Below are positions 43,227-52,082 of a stretch of 64,000 nt of DNA, one piece after another. Position 1 is the stretch's first letter, and the number at the start of each line of letters is the position of its first letter. The position numbers and the translations under genes are program-made. Origin of the DNA: Candidatus Zestomicrobium tamdykulense (GTDB taxonomy: Archaea; Thermoproteota; Thermoprotei_A; Sulfolobales; NBVN01); NCBI GenBank assembly GCA_039889305.1, contig JAVVFV010000002.1, positions 6,401-70,400 on the forward strand. The letters run 5' to 3'. The notes beneath the pieces were generated by a model. It did not search any database, was not told where the DNA came from, and saw only the letters and a list, made by a program, of their open reading frames with translations.

Positions 43227-43382
43227 TTACGCATTATTCAAAGGCTCTATGATTTCATGATACGTATTCTTACCACATACCCTGCAGTAATGATAGAGTT
43301 GAGTAAACTCGCTTAAGTCATAACTCACGTTAAGAATCCACACGTTACCGCACTCCCTACACCTAATTCTCCAAGGACTCAC
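43227..43382 (-). CDS. Small zinc-ribbon protein (51 aa, below the ORF-track cutoff)
   Basis: Hand translation: (GTG)SPWRIRCRECGNVWILNVSYDLSEFTQLYHYCRVCGKNTYHEIIEPLNNA*. It has two CxxC pairs, and a GGTGA lies just upstream. Confidence 0.35.
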   Translation of the reverse strand: MSPWRIRCRECGNVWILNVSYDLSEFTQLYHYCRVCGKNTYHEIIEPLNNA

Positions 43383-43412
43383 TACTCACCCCTTAAGGAG
43401 GATACGGGAAAG

Positions 43413-43421
43413 TATTTAAAA
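43413..43421 (+). promoter_or_regulatory. TATA-like box (TATTTAAAA) upstream of tRNA-Trp
   Basis: The TTTAAAAG core starts 42 nt upstream of the mature 5' end, about 9 nt further than at the other four tRNA genes. Confidence 0.35.
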
Positions 43422-43456
43422 GCCCTGGTATTATTCTGTAAGTGATGAGCTAAGGT

Positions 43457-43582
43457 GGGCCCGTAGCTCAGCTAGGCAGAGCGGCGGGCTCCAGTCCTCT
43501 ACGGGTCTACGGACCGAAAGGGATGATAGAAGAACTCCAGGGTGAGACCCGTAGGTCGGGGGTTCAAGTCCCCCCGGGCCCA
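43457..43582 (+). tRNA. tRNA-Trp (CCA) with a 52-nt intron at 37/38 (43495-43546); CCA encoded (43583-43585)
   Basis: GGGCCCG/CGGGCCC acceptor, anticodon arm GCGGG-CTCCAG[intron]A-CCCGT, T-arm GGGGG-TTCAAGT-CCCCC. Confidence 0.85.
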
Positions 43583-43643
43583 CCACATAGAGGAGGCAGG
43601 GCTCCTAACAAGTTAAACTTTTCTTCTCAGGCTTTCTTTAGCG

Positions 43644-44240
43644 TTAAGGGTTTCTCCTCCAATATTCTGTGAGTCTCTTACGTTTTAGTTCCCGTGCTTT
43701 CTTGTTGAGGAATCTGTAGACTGTTGAGTGTTCTCTCCCCTGAATAAGCATTTCTAAGGCTTCTCTAGCTAGGTAAGCCCCCTCATAATCTCCTATCACA
43801 GCTACTAGATCGTCGTAAACACTTATGTAGGTTCCCGTGAGTTGCTCTATATTTGATTTAACTCTCCCCTCCTCACCTATGATTCTAGCCTTAACCCTGT
43901 ATAGGTGGTTTTGAGAAGAACTAACAATTTCCTTCAGGTTTATGATCAGCAATACTGCATCCTCATCCAGTAACCTATAAGCTTTCTCAGGGCTGAAGCC
44001 CGCGTCAATAGCTCTAATAAAGTCTGAAGCTCTTAATAACCCATCAATAGGTGTTTCAGGAGTTGCTGCCTCAATGACTACGCTACTGTTCACGCTATCA
44101 ACACTCACGATTGTTTTAGTCTTGTTCTCAAGATCCCTCAGCGTCTTACCACCTTCACCAATCAATACACCGAGTCTCTCAGGTCTCACATTCAAATACA
44201 CTCTAGTCATGCCTTGAGGAACCCTACTCACACTACTCAC
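43644..44240 (-). CDS. KH-domain RNA-binding protein (archaeal Dim2/Pno1 homolog)
   Basis: Two KH-like modules (LIGEGGKTLRDLE; IIGEEGRVKSNIE). Last gene of the conserved aIF1A-Rio1-Dim2 trio. Confidence 0.8.
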   Translation of the reverse strand: MSSVSRVPQGMTRVYLNVRPERLGVLIGEGGKTLRDLENKTKTIVSVDSVNSSVVIEAATPETPIDGLLRASDFIRAIDAGFSPEKAYRLLDEDAVLLIINLKEIVSSSQNHLYRVKARIIGEEGRVKSNIEQLTGTYISVYDDLVAVIGDYEGAYLAREALEMLIQGREHSTVYRFLNKKARELKRKRLTEYWRRNP

Positions 44241-44337
44241 CCACTAAACCACCAGTCCACCACTAAGTACCTCAAATATTATATCTCGTCAAACCCATAA
44301 AACCTCAAAACTACTACTGAGGAATACGGGCAACCAC

Positions 44338-45120
44338 CTAGTACTCTAGCTTGTTTGTTTTTCCTGTGACGTACTCAAGAATATTGTTTTGTGGTGGGGT
44401 GCTGACACCCACATTCCTGAAGAACCTAACTATGTTTTTTAGGTCTCTCTGCAGGAGGTCCGCAGCGTTGGGGTGTGTGATTGGTACTGCTTGGCTAACG
44501 TCTATTATGTAGTGTTTATTGTTCCATATCATTATGTTGTACTCGCTTAAGTCCCCGTGAACTATCCCAGCTTTAGTGTATGCTCTCTTCACATCCTCAA
44601 TTATTTGCTGAAAGATAGTAACGTATTCTTCCGTGGTTAGGTCTGTCTCCCTCAGTAACGGAGCTCTAACGCCGTCACGCCCTATGAATTCCATGACTAA
44701 GACGTTCTCGTACTGGTTTATGGGTTTCGGGACAGAAACCCCTGCATTGTGGAGTTCCGTTAGGTTATTGAATTCTTTCTTAGCCCAAAGTATGATTAGC
44801 TTCCTAGTCGTTTTAGGGACGCTTTTATCGAATCTGTGATCACCTAATATGTACTTCATCATCCCCTTCCTGAACTCTGCTGATGATGTTAGGTATATCT
44901 TGAGTGCTAGGTCCTGCCCACCACGCCCCCTCCCCCAATAAATTCTAGATTCCTTGCCAGAACTAACTACCCCCTTAAGACTATACACTACTCCCCTCCT
45001 CATCAGCTTAAGAACTGCTTGAACAGTCGCTTTATCAAAGACCTCCTCCACACTTTCGAATAAATCTTTATCTATTATTCTGCGTTCCTTATCTCTAATC
45101 CTGAAAAACGAATCAATCAC
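44338..45120 (-). CDS. rio1: RIO1-type serine protein kinase
   Basis: SSGKESRIYWG, ALKIY and VHGDLSEYNIMI..IIDVSQAV. No N-terminal winged helix, so Rio1 rather than Rio2. Confidence 0.85.
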   Translation of the reverse strand: MIDSFFRIRDKERRIIDKDLFESVEEVFDKATVQAVLKLMRRGVVYSLKGVVSSGKESRIYWGRGRGGQDLALKIYLTSSAEFRKGMMKYILGDHRFDKSVPKTTRKLIILWAKKEFNNLTELHNAGVSVPKPINQYENVLVMEFIGRDGVRAPLLRETDLTTEEYVTIFQQIIEDVKRAYTKAGIVHGDLSEYNIMIWNNKHYIIDVSQAVPITHPNAADLLQRDLKNIVRFFRNVGVSTPPQNNILEYVTGKTNKLEY

Positions 45121-45146
45121 TGAGTCTTCAGATCCGTCACGCGATA

Positions 45147-45476
45147 TTAAAACTCACCCGCACTCTCAGCTAGTGAAGGATCTAAGAATCCTGCCTCAAT
45201 AAGTTTCTTTTTCTCGTCTCTCCCATACTTATACAGGATGTCCCCCCTACCCTCATCAAACTCCCACTTACCAACCAAAACCACGTCCTTAACGTTTATC
45301 CAGACCTTATGCCTTAGCTTCCCAGGTATTCTCAGCTTCCGTTCCTTCCCATCCATACATATAGCTTTCACGTAGTTACCTCCCATAGGCTCAGTAACCA
45401 CGCAAATTACCGTGCCCGCGTCAGGGTCAGGGTAAGGAGTTTCCGAAACCACCTCACTTTTCTTCTTGGCCAACAC
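45147..45476 (-). CDS. eif1a: Translation initiation factor aIF-1A
   Basis: S1-like OB: VICVVTEPMGGNYVKAICMDGKERKLRIPGKLRHKVWINVKDVVLV. Confidence 0.9.
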   Translation of the reverse strand: MLAKKKSEVVSETPYPDPDAGTVICVVTEPMGGNYVKAICMDGKERKLRIPGKLRHKVWINVKDVVLVGKWEFDEGRGDILYKYGRDEKKKLIEAGFLDPSLAESAGEF

Positions 45477-45534
45477 ACCACCTCTATATTAATAGACGTA
45501 AAAACTATTTAAGAAGAACAGAACCTGATAAAGC

Positions 45535-46587
45535 TTATCCTCTCCCGGCTTGCCGCCTAACGTATTTCGAGTCTCTGTAAGTTATTACTTGAATTACCTC
45601 CCCGATACTCAAGTATTTAGGGAAACTAGTCTTAATTATGGATCCCTCAACACATTTAGCAGTAACTTCACCGTTTCTGAAGTCTAGTACCTCACACTCA
45701 CTAATTAAGTAGTCGTTAGGACTTAATAGTCTGAACTCACCCCTAGTTAGGGACCTCACATCTATCTTTAGGACTTCATCCCTAGCTAAATCCCTTAAGA
45801 GTAGTTTATCTTTCTGTATGTTGAGTACCTCCATTACTGTATCTTTAAAATATATTAGATCTCCAGGAACTAATTGAGGGATTCTTAACACTATAGATAG
45901 CTTGCCGCGCCTCTTACCTCCCACTATCCCGTGAAGTTTCCATGACTCCATAACATAACCACCAAGTACTCCCTGCAAGTAGCTAGCAGCCTGCCGAGCT
46001 ACTGAAACACTACTAAACTTTATGTCTATCCCCTCACGTAACTCCTCAAAATCTGTTATGTTGCTACTAATACTCCTCATACTACCTATCAGCTTAGTTA
46101 TTCTTTTCTTTACTCCTTCTGCAGGCATTCCTACGAACCTTATCTGTAGTATCGCTTCATAATCTCTGGTCTTAATACTTAAGCACTTAGGACATAACTT
46201 AGTGCTTATCTTGTAATTAATTACGAATACCTGTTCTGCAGGCTTATTCATGAATAAAGACCTCACCAGTAACTCCGCACGATTATTACCAGTACTCAAG
46301 ACTACTACCTGAGTGTTCTTGAGTGCTGGGTGTGTTTTCCCTTTCCTCAACACTGTTTCCTCGATATAGTATAGTAGTAGTTCTTTCTCGTCTCCTAACA
46401 CAGGTATCCAAGAACTACTCATGTGGAGTGAGCCGCAGACAGGACACCTAACTAGAGCTATCTTGTCAGGAATACTCACTATAGGTTTCTCCTTAACAAA
46501 GCAGTCTACACATAAACCATCAATTAGTGGTTCGTCACTACTTTCTTTCTTCCCACACCTCAAGCAAAACCTTCCGGTGAAACTCAC
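45535..46587 (-). CDS. NMD3-family protein (60S subunit export/maturation factor homolog)
   Basis: N-terminal double zinc motif CLRCGKK..CVDCF..CPVCGS, plus CPKC. Confidence 0.75.
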   Translation of the reverse strand: MSFTGRFCLRCGKKESSDEPLIDGLCVDCFVKEKPIVSIPDKIALVRCPVCGSLHMSSSWIPVLGDEKELLLYYIEETVLRKGKTHPALKNTQVVVLSTGNNRAELLVRSLFMNKPAEQVFVINYKISTKLCPKCLSIKTRDYEAILQIRFVGMPAEGVKKRITKLIGSMRSISSNITDFEELREGIDIKFSSVSVARQAASYLQGVLGGYVMESWKLHGIVGGKRRGKLSIVLRIPQLVPGDLIYFKDTVMEVLNIQKDKLLLRDLARDEVLKIDVRSLTRGEFRLLSPNDYLISECEVLDFRNGEVTAKCVEGSIIKTSFPKYLSIGEVIQVITYRDSKYVRRQAGRG

Positions 46588-46952
46588 AACCTAACCACCT
46601 GTGCGTAAGGCACGCCACACACCCTAAGTATGGCGTCAGGATGCACCAACCCCTCCTTAACAGCTCTATCTACAGACGCCTCACCAGCTAAAACAATTAT
46701 GGAAGCGTTCCTAGCGTGATGCATGGCTTCATCCAGAGTAGCTAAGAACCCCTTAAAGAACTCCTCATTCAAGTGCAGAACAACATCTCCTTCCTGAAAC
46801 TTCCTACCAAGAAGCTCCTCATCACATATAGCTACTACTTCCCTAAAATCTTGAGAAATCTCTGTAGCTACGTGTATCTTCACATACACCATGATTTGAG
46901 ACTCAGAACCTCCTTCAAGACCTGGTGACTCGCTCCTACCCAAACCACTCAA
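46584..46952 (-). CDS. DUF424 domain protein
   Basis: VAICDEELLGRKFQEG..LHLNEEFFKG..GVPYAQVV matches the DUF424 string. The likely start is the internal ATG at 46892 (MVYVKIHV). Confidence 0.6.
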   Translation of the reverse strand: MSGLGRSESPGLEGGSESQIMVYVKIHVATEISQDFREVVAICDEELLGRKFQEGDVVLHLNEEFFKGFLATLDEAMHHARNASIIVLAGEASVDRAVKEGLVHPDAILRVCGVPYAQVVRL

Positions 46953-46994
46953 ACCTCAGTCTCGCTCTCGAGGAATCCAGAAGTCCTACACCCC

Positions 46995-47414
46995 TCACAC
47001 AGGCTTCACCGGAGCCTCAGCACCGCAAGCCAAGCACCTTATTACCCATATTTTACCCTGCCTCCTCAACTCAGTCTGGTAAGAACCGCAAGTCTTGCAG
47101 ATAACATAGCTGTCTAGAAACCTCTTAAACAACGCGTTAATAGTTTGTGAAGAAACACGTGAGTAAATAGTGAATACCCCGGACTCATCAATAGTTCCTC
47201 TAGCAGCTAACTCCTTAAGTAGGTACCTAGCACAGATCTTAGGTTCCCTCAAAATAACATCACAGACAGTCTTGAAATTCTTGATTTGTGTCTGAAGCCC
47301 TACATGAACTATCTCTAACGCAGGTATATCTAGAGTTACTGCTTGACTCCTCTTCTCAGGAAGCTTCTCGTACAGCTCCTTAAGTAATTCCTCGTAAGGC
47401 GGTAACCCACTCAC
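46995..47414 (-). CDS. eif2b: Translation initiation factor aIF-2 beta subunit
   Basis: C-terminal zinc ribbon CKTCGSYQTEL..CLACGA; N-terminal YEELLKELYEKLP. Confidence 0.9.
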   Translation of the reverse strand: MSGLPPYEELLKELYEKLPEKRSQAVTLDIPALEIVHVGLQTQIKNFKTVCDVILREPKICARYLLKELAARGTIDESGVFTIYSRVSSQTINALFKRFLDSYVICKTCGSYQTELRRQGKIWVIRCLACGAEAPVKPV

Positions 47415-47667
47415 TCAGCACCACCTCTACTTAATAAACCAACAAAAAACTTTTAAGTTGATTAAACCACAAATTATTAAGACTCAGTTCCTACCTACAT
47501 TCACATTCAAACAAAGAATATTCGGAACTAGTTTGCAAGCCTTACACAACACGTTAAGAGACTCAATAAATCTTAAGCTAACTCGTAGAAAATATTTAAG
47601 CCTCACAACACCAACACATATAAAGACTCACTAAAACTAAACAGTAACGGAAGGCTGATATACTGAG

Positions 47668-48948
47668 ATGAAGGTATATATAGAAACATACGGGTGCGCA
47701 CTGAATAACGCTGACACTGCCTTAATGAAGAGCATCTTAGTTAGTAGGGGGCACGAGATAGTGTCTTCCGTAGATCACGCTGAAGTAATCATAATTAATA
47801 CCTGCACTGTGAGGCTAGACACAGAACAAAGAATCCTGAAAAGATTAAGTCAACTAAAGAAATCCCTGAATAACAACAACGTTAAGTTAGTTGTTGCTGG
47901 GTGTATGGCTGCTGCGCAACCATACACGGTAACTAAGACAGTCCCTGAGGTCTCACTCATATCTCCGCAGAACGTTACCAGGATACATGAAGTTGTTGAA
48001 AGTCCTGGAAAAACCTTCATGATTGGTGGTGAGAGAGATACTGCGTTCCTGTGTCCGCTAGTAGAGGGTTTCACGGCAGCAATACCTATAGCTGAGGGCT
48101 GTTTAGGTAATTGCTCATTCTGCATAACCAAGATAGCTAGACGTAAGTTAAGATCTTACAAACCTGACTTAGTGGTTAGAGCTGTTAAAGAAGCTGTCAG
48201 TAAGGGAGCTATTGAGATAGACCTCACAGCCCAGGATACGGCCGCGTACGGTGTTGACTTAGGTAATATCAGGCTCCACAACCTCGTCAGAACAGTAGTA
48301 GAGGAGGTGAGAGGTAACTACATGCTGAGGATCGGGATGGCTAACCCAGATAACCTACTCCCAATACTTGATGAGTTTCTAGAGATTCTGAAACACCCAA
48401 ACATATTCAAGTACGTACACATACCTCTACAATCAGGTAGTGATAAGGTCTTGAAGCTTATGAAGAGAAGATACACATACGATGATTACAAGTCTTTAAC
48501 GAAAGAAATAAGAAGAAAAATACCTGAGGTTCAGCTAGCTACAGACATAATAGTCGGGCATCCCGGCGAGGACGAGGAAGATTTTGAGTTAACAATTAAA
48601 GCTCTTGAGGAGTTGCTTCCCGACAAAGTACACATAGCTCAGTACACAATACGCCCTAGAACAGAAGCTGCGTCAATGAAGCAAATCTCAGACTCAATCA
48701 AGAAATACCGAAGCACTGAATTAGGTAAGGTTGTAGAGAAGATAGGCTCTATCCTGAATTCCGCGTACGTAGGTACTAGAGCTTGGGTTATCGTATCGAG
48801 AAGATCCTTCAGAGGAACACCAATAGGCAGAACAATAAACTACAAACCAGTAGTAATTAGTGGTTTAAGAGAATTAGGTGTTAGTGGTTATGTAGAGATA
48901 ACTCAACACACGTTTTACGACTTGAGAGGTCGTTGGAGTCCTAAGTAG
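47668..48948 (+). CDS. MiaB/MtaB-like radical-SAM tRNA methylthiotransferase (archaeal/CDKAL1 type)
   Basis: UPF0004 domain YIETYGCALNNAD, radical-SAM CLGNCSFC and a TRAM-like C-terminus. Confidence 0.85.
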   Translation: MKVYIETYGCALNNADTALMKSILVSRGHEIVSSVDHAEVIIINTCTVRLDTEQRILKRLSQLKKSLNNNNVKLVVAGCMAAAQPYTVTKTVPEVSLISPQNVTRIHEVVESPGKTFMIGGERDTAFLCPLVEGFTAAIPIAEGCLGNCSFCITKIARRKLRSYKPDLVVRAVKEAVSKGAIEIDLTAQDTAAYGVDLGNIRLHNLVRTVVEEVRGNYMLRIGMANPDNLLPILDEFLEILKHPNIFKYVHIPLQSGSDKVLKLMKRRYTYDDYKSLTKEIRRKIPEVQLATDIIVGHPGEDEEDFELTIKALEELLPDKVHIAQYTIRPRTEAASMKQISDSIKKYRSTELGKVVEKIGSILNSAYVGTRAWVIVSRRSFRGTPIGRTINYKPVVISGLRELGVSGYVEITQHTFYDLRGRWSPK

Positions 48949-48949
48949 T

Positions 48950-49321
48950 TTATTTCTGCTTCATTCGTTCCTCATTAACTCGTTTCCTAAAGTATTCTTC
49001 TAGTTCTGAGTCACTCATTTCGGAGTATTCCTCAGCAAGTACTTTCCTAGCATCTTTGTTTTTCAGGAAATAATAGATTGCGTAGCTACACACAGGAATT
49101 ATTTTGAGGTTTCTCTTCCCAGCATCTCTAATCGCTGCTTCAACTAATTTAGCGCCGTAACCCTTCCCCCTGTGTTGTTCTGGAGTGTAAGTCTCGAGGA
49201 GGTACAATTTATTGTTTTCTTCCTTAAAAGAAAGCCATGCTTTAGAACCATCATTAAATCTAATCATGTAAACACTGCCTTTCTTCTCAACACGGACCTC
49301 CTCCACCATACCACCCCACAT
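48950..49321 (-). CDS. Small GNAT-family N-acetyltransferase
   Basis: HRGKGYGAKLVEAAI acetyl-CoA loop; IPVCSYAIYYF. Confidence 0.7.
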   Translation of the reverse strand: MWGGMVEEVRVEKKGSVYMIRFNDGSKAWLSFKEENNKLYLLETYTPEQHRGKGYGAKLVEAAIRDAGKRNLKIIPVCSYAIYYFLKNKDARKVLAEEYSEMSDSELEEYFRKRVNEERMKQK

Positions 49322-49390
49322 AATATTGCTGGCATAAATAAATAACTTTATTATATGTAACTTGAGCTTAAAACAACATCATGATGAAAG

Positions 49391-49464
49391 AGCCGCCGCC
49401 GGGATTTGAACCCGGGACCTCTGCCTTACCAGGGCAGCGCTCCACCAGGCTGAGCTACGGCGGC
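49391..49464 (-). tRNA. tRNA-Thr (GGT), intron-less, CCA not encoded
   Basis: GCCGCCG/CGGCGGC acceptor, anticodon arm CTGCC-CTGGTAA-GGCAG, T-arm CCGGG-TTCAAAT-CCCGG, discriminator U. Confidence 0.95.
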
Positions 49465-49489
49465 ACCTTAAACTATTATTCTGTCTAGA

Positions 49490-49497
49490 TATTTAAA
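49490..49497 (-). promoter_or_regulatory. TATA-like box (TTTAAATA) 33 nt upstream of tRNA-Thr
   Basis: Same motif and spacing as the other tRNA genes. Confidence 0.4.
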
Positions 49498-49718
49498 TTT
49501 TTGATGACGTTCCTCCATGTTCTCTAGTCTTCGTAGTCACGTATTGTTTTTCTTTGTTATACGAAATGTGGATGTAAGTCTTTATGATTTTTCTTAATTT
49601 ACGATTTCTACTACTTTATCTTTATTTCTTTTTTTGTTTTGGTTGTTTCATCTTTACATGTTAATGATTTGTAGTTATTTCAACTTTAATACTTATATTT
49701 TCTAGTCTTCTTCAAGGC

Positions 49719-50948
49719 TTGGTGTATTGCTTGAGTGTTGTGGTTGGTAGAGTTGTTGGTTTTGTGAGTGGTTGTTTAGTTAGGGTTAGTGTTGGTGGTT
49801 TCTTAGTAGATGTTGAGTTAGGGGATTCTTTATGTAGTGATGGTTTATTAAGTGTTATTAAGTCTGGTCGTGAGGTTTTTCTTAAGTTGTTTATAGATGA
49901 AGCTACTACTAAGGTTTTAGGAGTTGCTGGCGTTGGTGAGGTACCACTTAAGAACTTCTACGTAGATGCTTCAAAACCTGAGGTTTTTGCTAGGTATTCC
50001 TGGTTTTGGTTAAGGTTTCCTAGATACTCTAAGATTATTAGGTTTCAGCACTTACTCCTGAAAACCTTGAGAGAGATACTAGATTCTGAGGGTTTTATTG
50101 AGTTACTACCTCCTGTCCTGAACTTAGCGAGTGATCCTGGGTTAAGAGGTGCTAGGAAGGTTCCGGTTAGTGTTTACGGGTCTACCTACGAATTATGCTC
50201 GAGCACCATAATGTATAAGCAGTTAGCCGCGACAGCTCTAGGCAAGATATATTTCGTAGCTAGGAACGTTAGGGAGGAACCAGTAGAGAACATTAAGACT
50301 GGTAGGCATCTGATAGAGTTTACTCAGCTAGACCTAGAATGGGCTGGTGCTTCAATGAATGAAGTCATGAGTCTCGGTGAGAAACTAGTTTATGAGTCTT
50401 GCTTAGAAATCACTGAGAAAGCTAGAGAATTAATTGAGGAATTCAACCCAAGACTCAAGTGTTTTAAGCCACCCTACGAGAAAATAACTTTTAGTGAAGC
50501 ACTAAATATTGTTAGGGAGGCTGGGATAAGAGTAAGTGATTCTAGAGAATTACCTCAAGAAGCTGAAGAAGTACTTAGCGTTAAGATAGGGAAGCCATTC
50601 TGGCTAATTAAGTTCCCCACAGCCGGTAGAGGCTTCTACTACATGCCTGACGAGGAAGAACCAGACAAGAACCAAGACTTCAACTTAATAATGCCTGAAG
50701 GTTACGGGGAATTAATTGATGGTGGTGTGAGAGAATACAGGCATGAACGCATAGTACGTAGACTTAAAGAATTAGGTGAGGACCTAAGCAAGTATTCATG
50801 GTTCCTGGAAGCCCTGAAATCAGGGATAGCACCCACAGCAGGGTTTGGTTTAGGTATTGAGAGATACACTATATATTTACTTAACCTAAAATACATATGG
50901 GAGGCAGCACCGTTCCCTAAACCCCCCGGGGTAGTTAACGCACCATGA
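49719..50948 (+). CDS. Divergent class-IIb aminoacyl-tRNA-synthetase-like protein (AsnRS/AspRS paralog; possible AsnA-type asparagine synthetase)
   Basis: TTG start. Motif 1 GFIELLPP; motif 2 region ARNVREEP..GRHLIEFTQLDLEWA (canonical FRAE replaced); GELIDGGVRE; motif 3 GFGLGIERYTIYLL. The atypical 95-aa Val/Gly-rich N-terminal domain does not look like the usual OB anticodon-binding domain. Confidence 0.6.
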   Translation: MVYCLSVVVGRVVGFVSGCLVRVSVGGFLVDVELGDSLCSDGLLSVIKSGREVFLKLFIDEATTKVLGVAGVGEVPLKNFYVDASKPEVFARYSWFWLRFPRYSKIIRFQHLLLKTLREILDSEGFIELLPPVLNLASDPGLRGARKVPVSVYGSTYELCSSTIMYKQLAATALGKIYFVARNVREEPVENIKTGRHLIEFTQLDLEWAGASMNEVMSLGEKLVYESCLEITEKARELIEEFNPRLKCFKPPYEKITFSEALNIVREAGIRVSDSRELPQEAEEVLSVKIGKPFWLIKFPTAGRGFYYMPDEEEPDKNQDFNLIMPEGYGELIDGGVREYRHERIVRRLKELGEDLSKYSWFLEALKSGIAPTAGFGLGIERYTIYLLNLKYIWEAAPFPKPPGVVNAP

Positions 50949-51439
50949 GAGGTAAGAAAAATAAAGTAAGTCTAGACTACCTAGACATACAAATAATAAA
51001 TCTCTTAAGAAAAAACGCAAGACTAAAATCTAGTGAGATAGCTAAGAAACTCGGAAGACCTAGAACCACGATAGTTCAGAGAATCAAGAAACTAGAGAAA
51101 GAAGGCATCATAAGATCCTACACAGTTTCAGTAAAACCTGACGTTCTAGGCTACAACTACTACGCATACATAGCTATAAAAGTTAGGAAAGGCCTCACAG
51201 GCAAGCTAGACCAGTACGAACTAGCTAAAAAACTAGTTAGTGAATCAAGAAACAAAAACGAACTCCCCATGATAGAAGAAGCAGCAATAGTTACTGGAGC
51301 ATACGACATAATACTTAGAGTATGGATAAGAAACTGGGAAGAACTATCAAGATACCTACTAAAATACCTACCATCAATCGAAGAAATAGAATCAACAGAA
51401 ACTTTCATGGTGTTAAGGAAAGTCCCTGATGAAGAGTAA
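50945..51439 (+). CDS. Lrp/AsnC-family transcriptional regulator
   Basis: LDYLDIQIINLLRKNARLKSSEIAKKLGRPRTTIVQRIKKLEKEGII followed by a RAM-type C-terminal domain. ATGA start/stop overlap with the upstream gene. Confidence 0.85.
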   Translation: MRGKKNKVSLDYLDIQIINLLRKNARLKSSEIAKKLGRPRTTIVQRIKKLEKEGIIRSYTVSVKPDVLGYNYYAYIAIKVRKGLTGKLDQYELAKKLVSESRNKNELPMIEEAAIVTGAYDIILRVWIRNWEELSRYLLKYLPSIEEIESTETFMVLRKVPDEE

Positions 51440-51557
51440 ACAAATATACCAAAGATAAACACAAAAACCTTTATAAACCTTACTACCAAACACTAAATAA
51501 ACCCAATTACAGCAACCTACAATACAACAAAAACAAAATTATGTTGGGGGTTAGGTA

Positions 51558-51779
51558 GTGGTAGGACACAAAATAAACCTGAAAGAATTAAAAAGAATAG
51601 CTCCCGGACTGCTACCAGTACTCAACATAATGTCAAGAATGACATACGGCAAAGACCTAGAAACAATAATCACAGAAACAAACAACGGAACAGCAGAAGA
51701 AATAATAACATCTCTCTTATTTAAGATCTTCCAAAACGAAGAAACACCAAAACTAATATTAAATATAATTAAAAACTAA
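51558..51779 (+). CDS. Hypothetical 73-aa protein
   Basis: ORF only (GTG start) in an A-rich stretch; no recognisable motif. Confidence 0.25.
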   Translation: MVGHKINLKELKRIAPGLLPVLNIMSRMTYGKDLETIITETNNGTAEEIITSLLFKIFQNEETPKLILNIIKN

Positions 51780-51788
51780 CTTAAAGAT

Positions 51789-51947
51789 TTACAAGAGAGA
51801 CCAGTCGTCCGGATTCTCGTCGCCAAGAACTCCGAAATCAGCTCCAGCTAAAGCTACAGTTAATAGTATAGCTGCTACCAGCAACCCCCTATTCCTGTTA
51901 AAAGTCTCAAGAACTTCAACCAATTTAACAGCTGTTTCAGGCTTCAT
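51789..51947 (-). CDS. Hypothetical 52-aa single-TM protein (below the ORF-track cutoff)
   Basis: Hand translation: MKPETAVKLVEVLETFNRNRGLLVAAILLTVALAGADFGVLGDENPDDWSLL*, with one hydrophobic helix. Confidence 0.25.
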   Translation of the reverse strand: MKPETAVKLVEVLETFNRNRGLLVAAILLTVALAGADFGVLGDENPDDWSLL

Positions 51948-52082
51948 ATATTATTCACCAAGTTTATTTCCTAAATAAGGAATATCAATTTTACTGTTTG
52001 TTATACAAAACAGATTATGTAGTATACATATTATTAGAAATCCCGACATATAAAGTATTGAGGTAGTGAAAGGTAAGAGTAT

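Noticed and set aside
49523-49710. A 10-nt direct repeat, TCTAGTCTTC (49523-49532 and 49701-49710), flanking the T-rich spacer next to tRNA-Thr, considered as possible att sites.
   Set aside because: By rough estimate (pairs/4^10), thousands of repeated 10-mers are expected by chance in 64 kb. The repeat does not overlap the tRNA, and nothing integrase-like lies between the copies.
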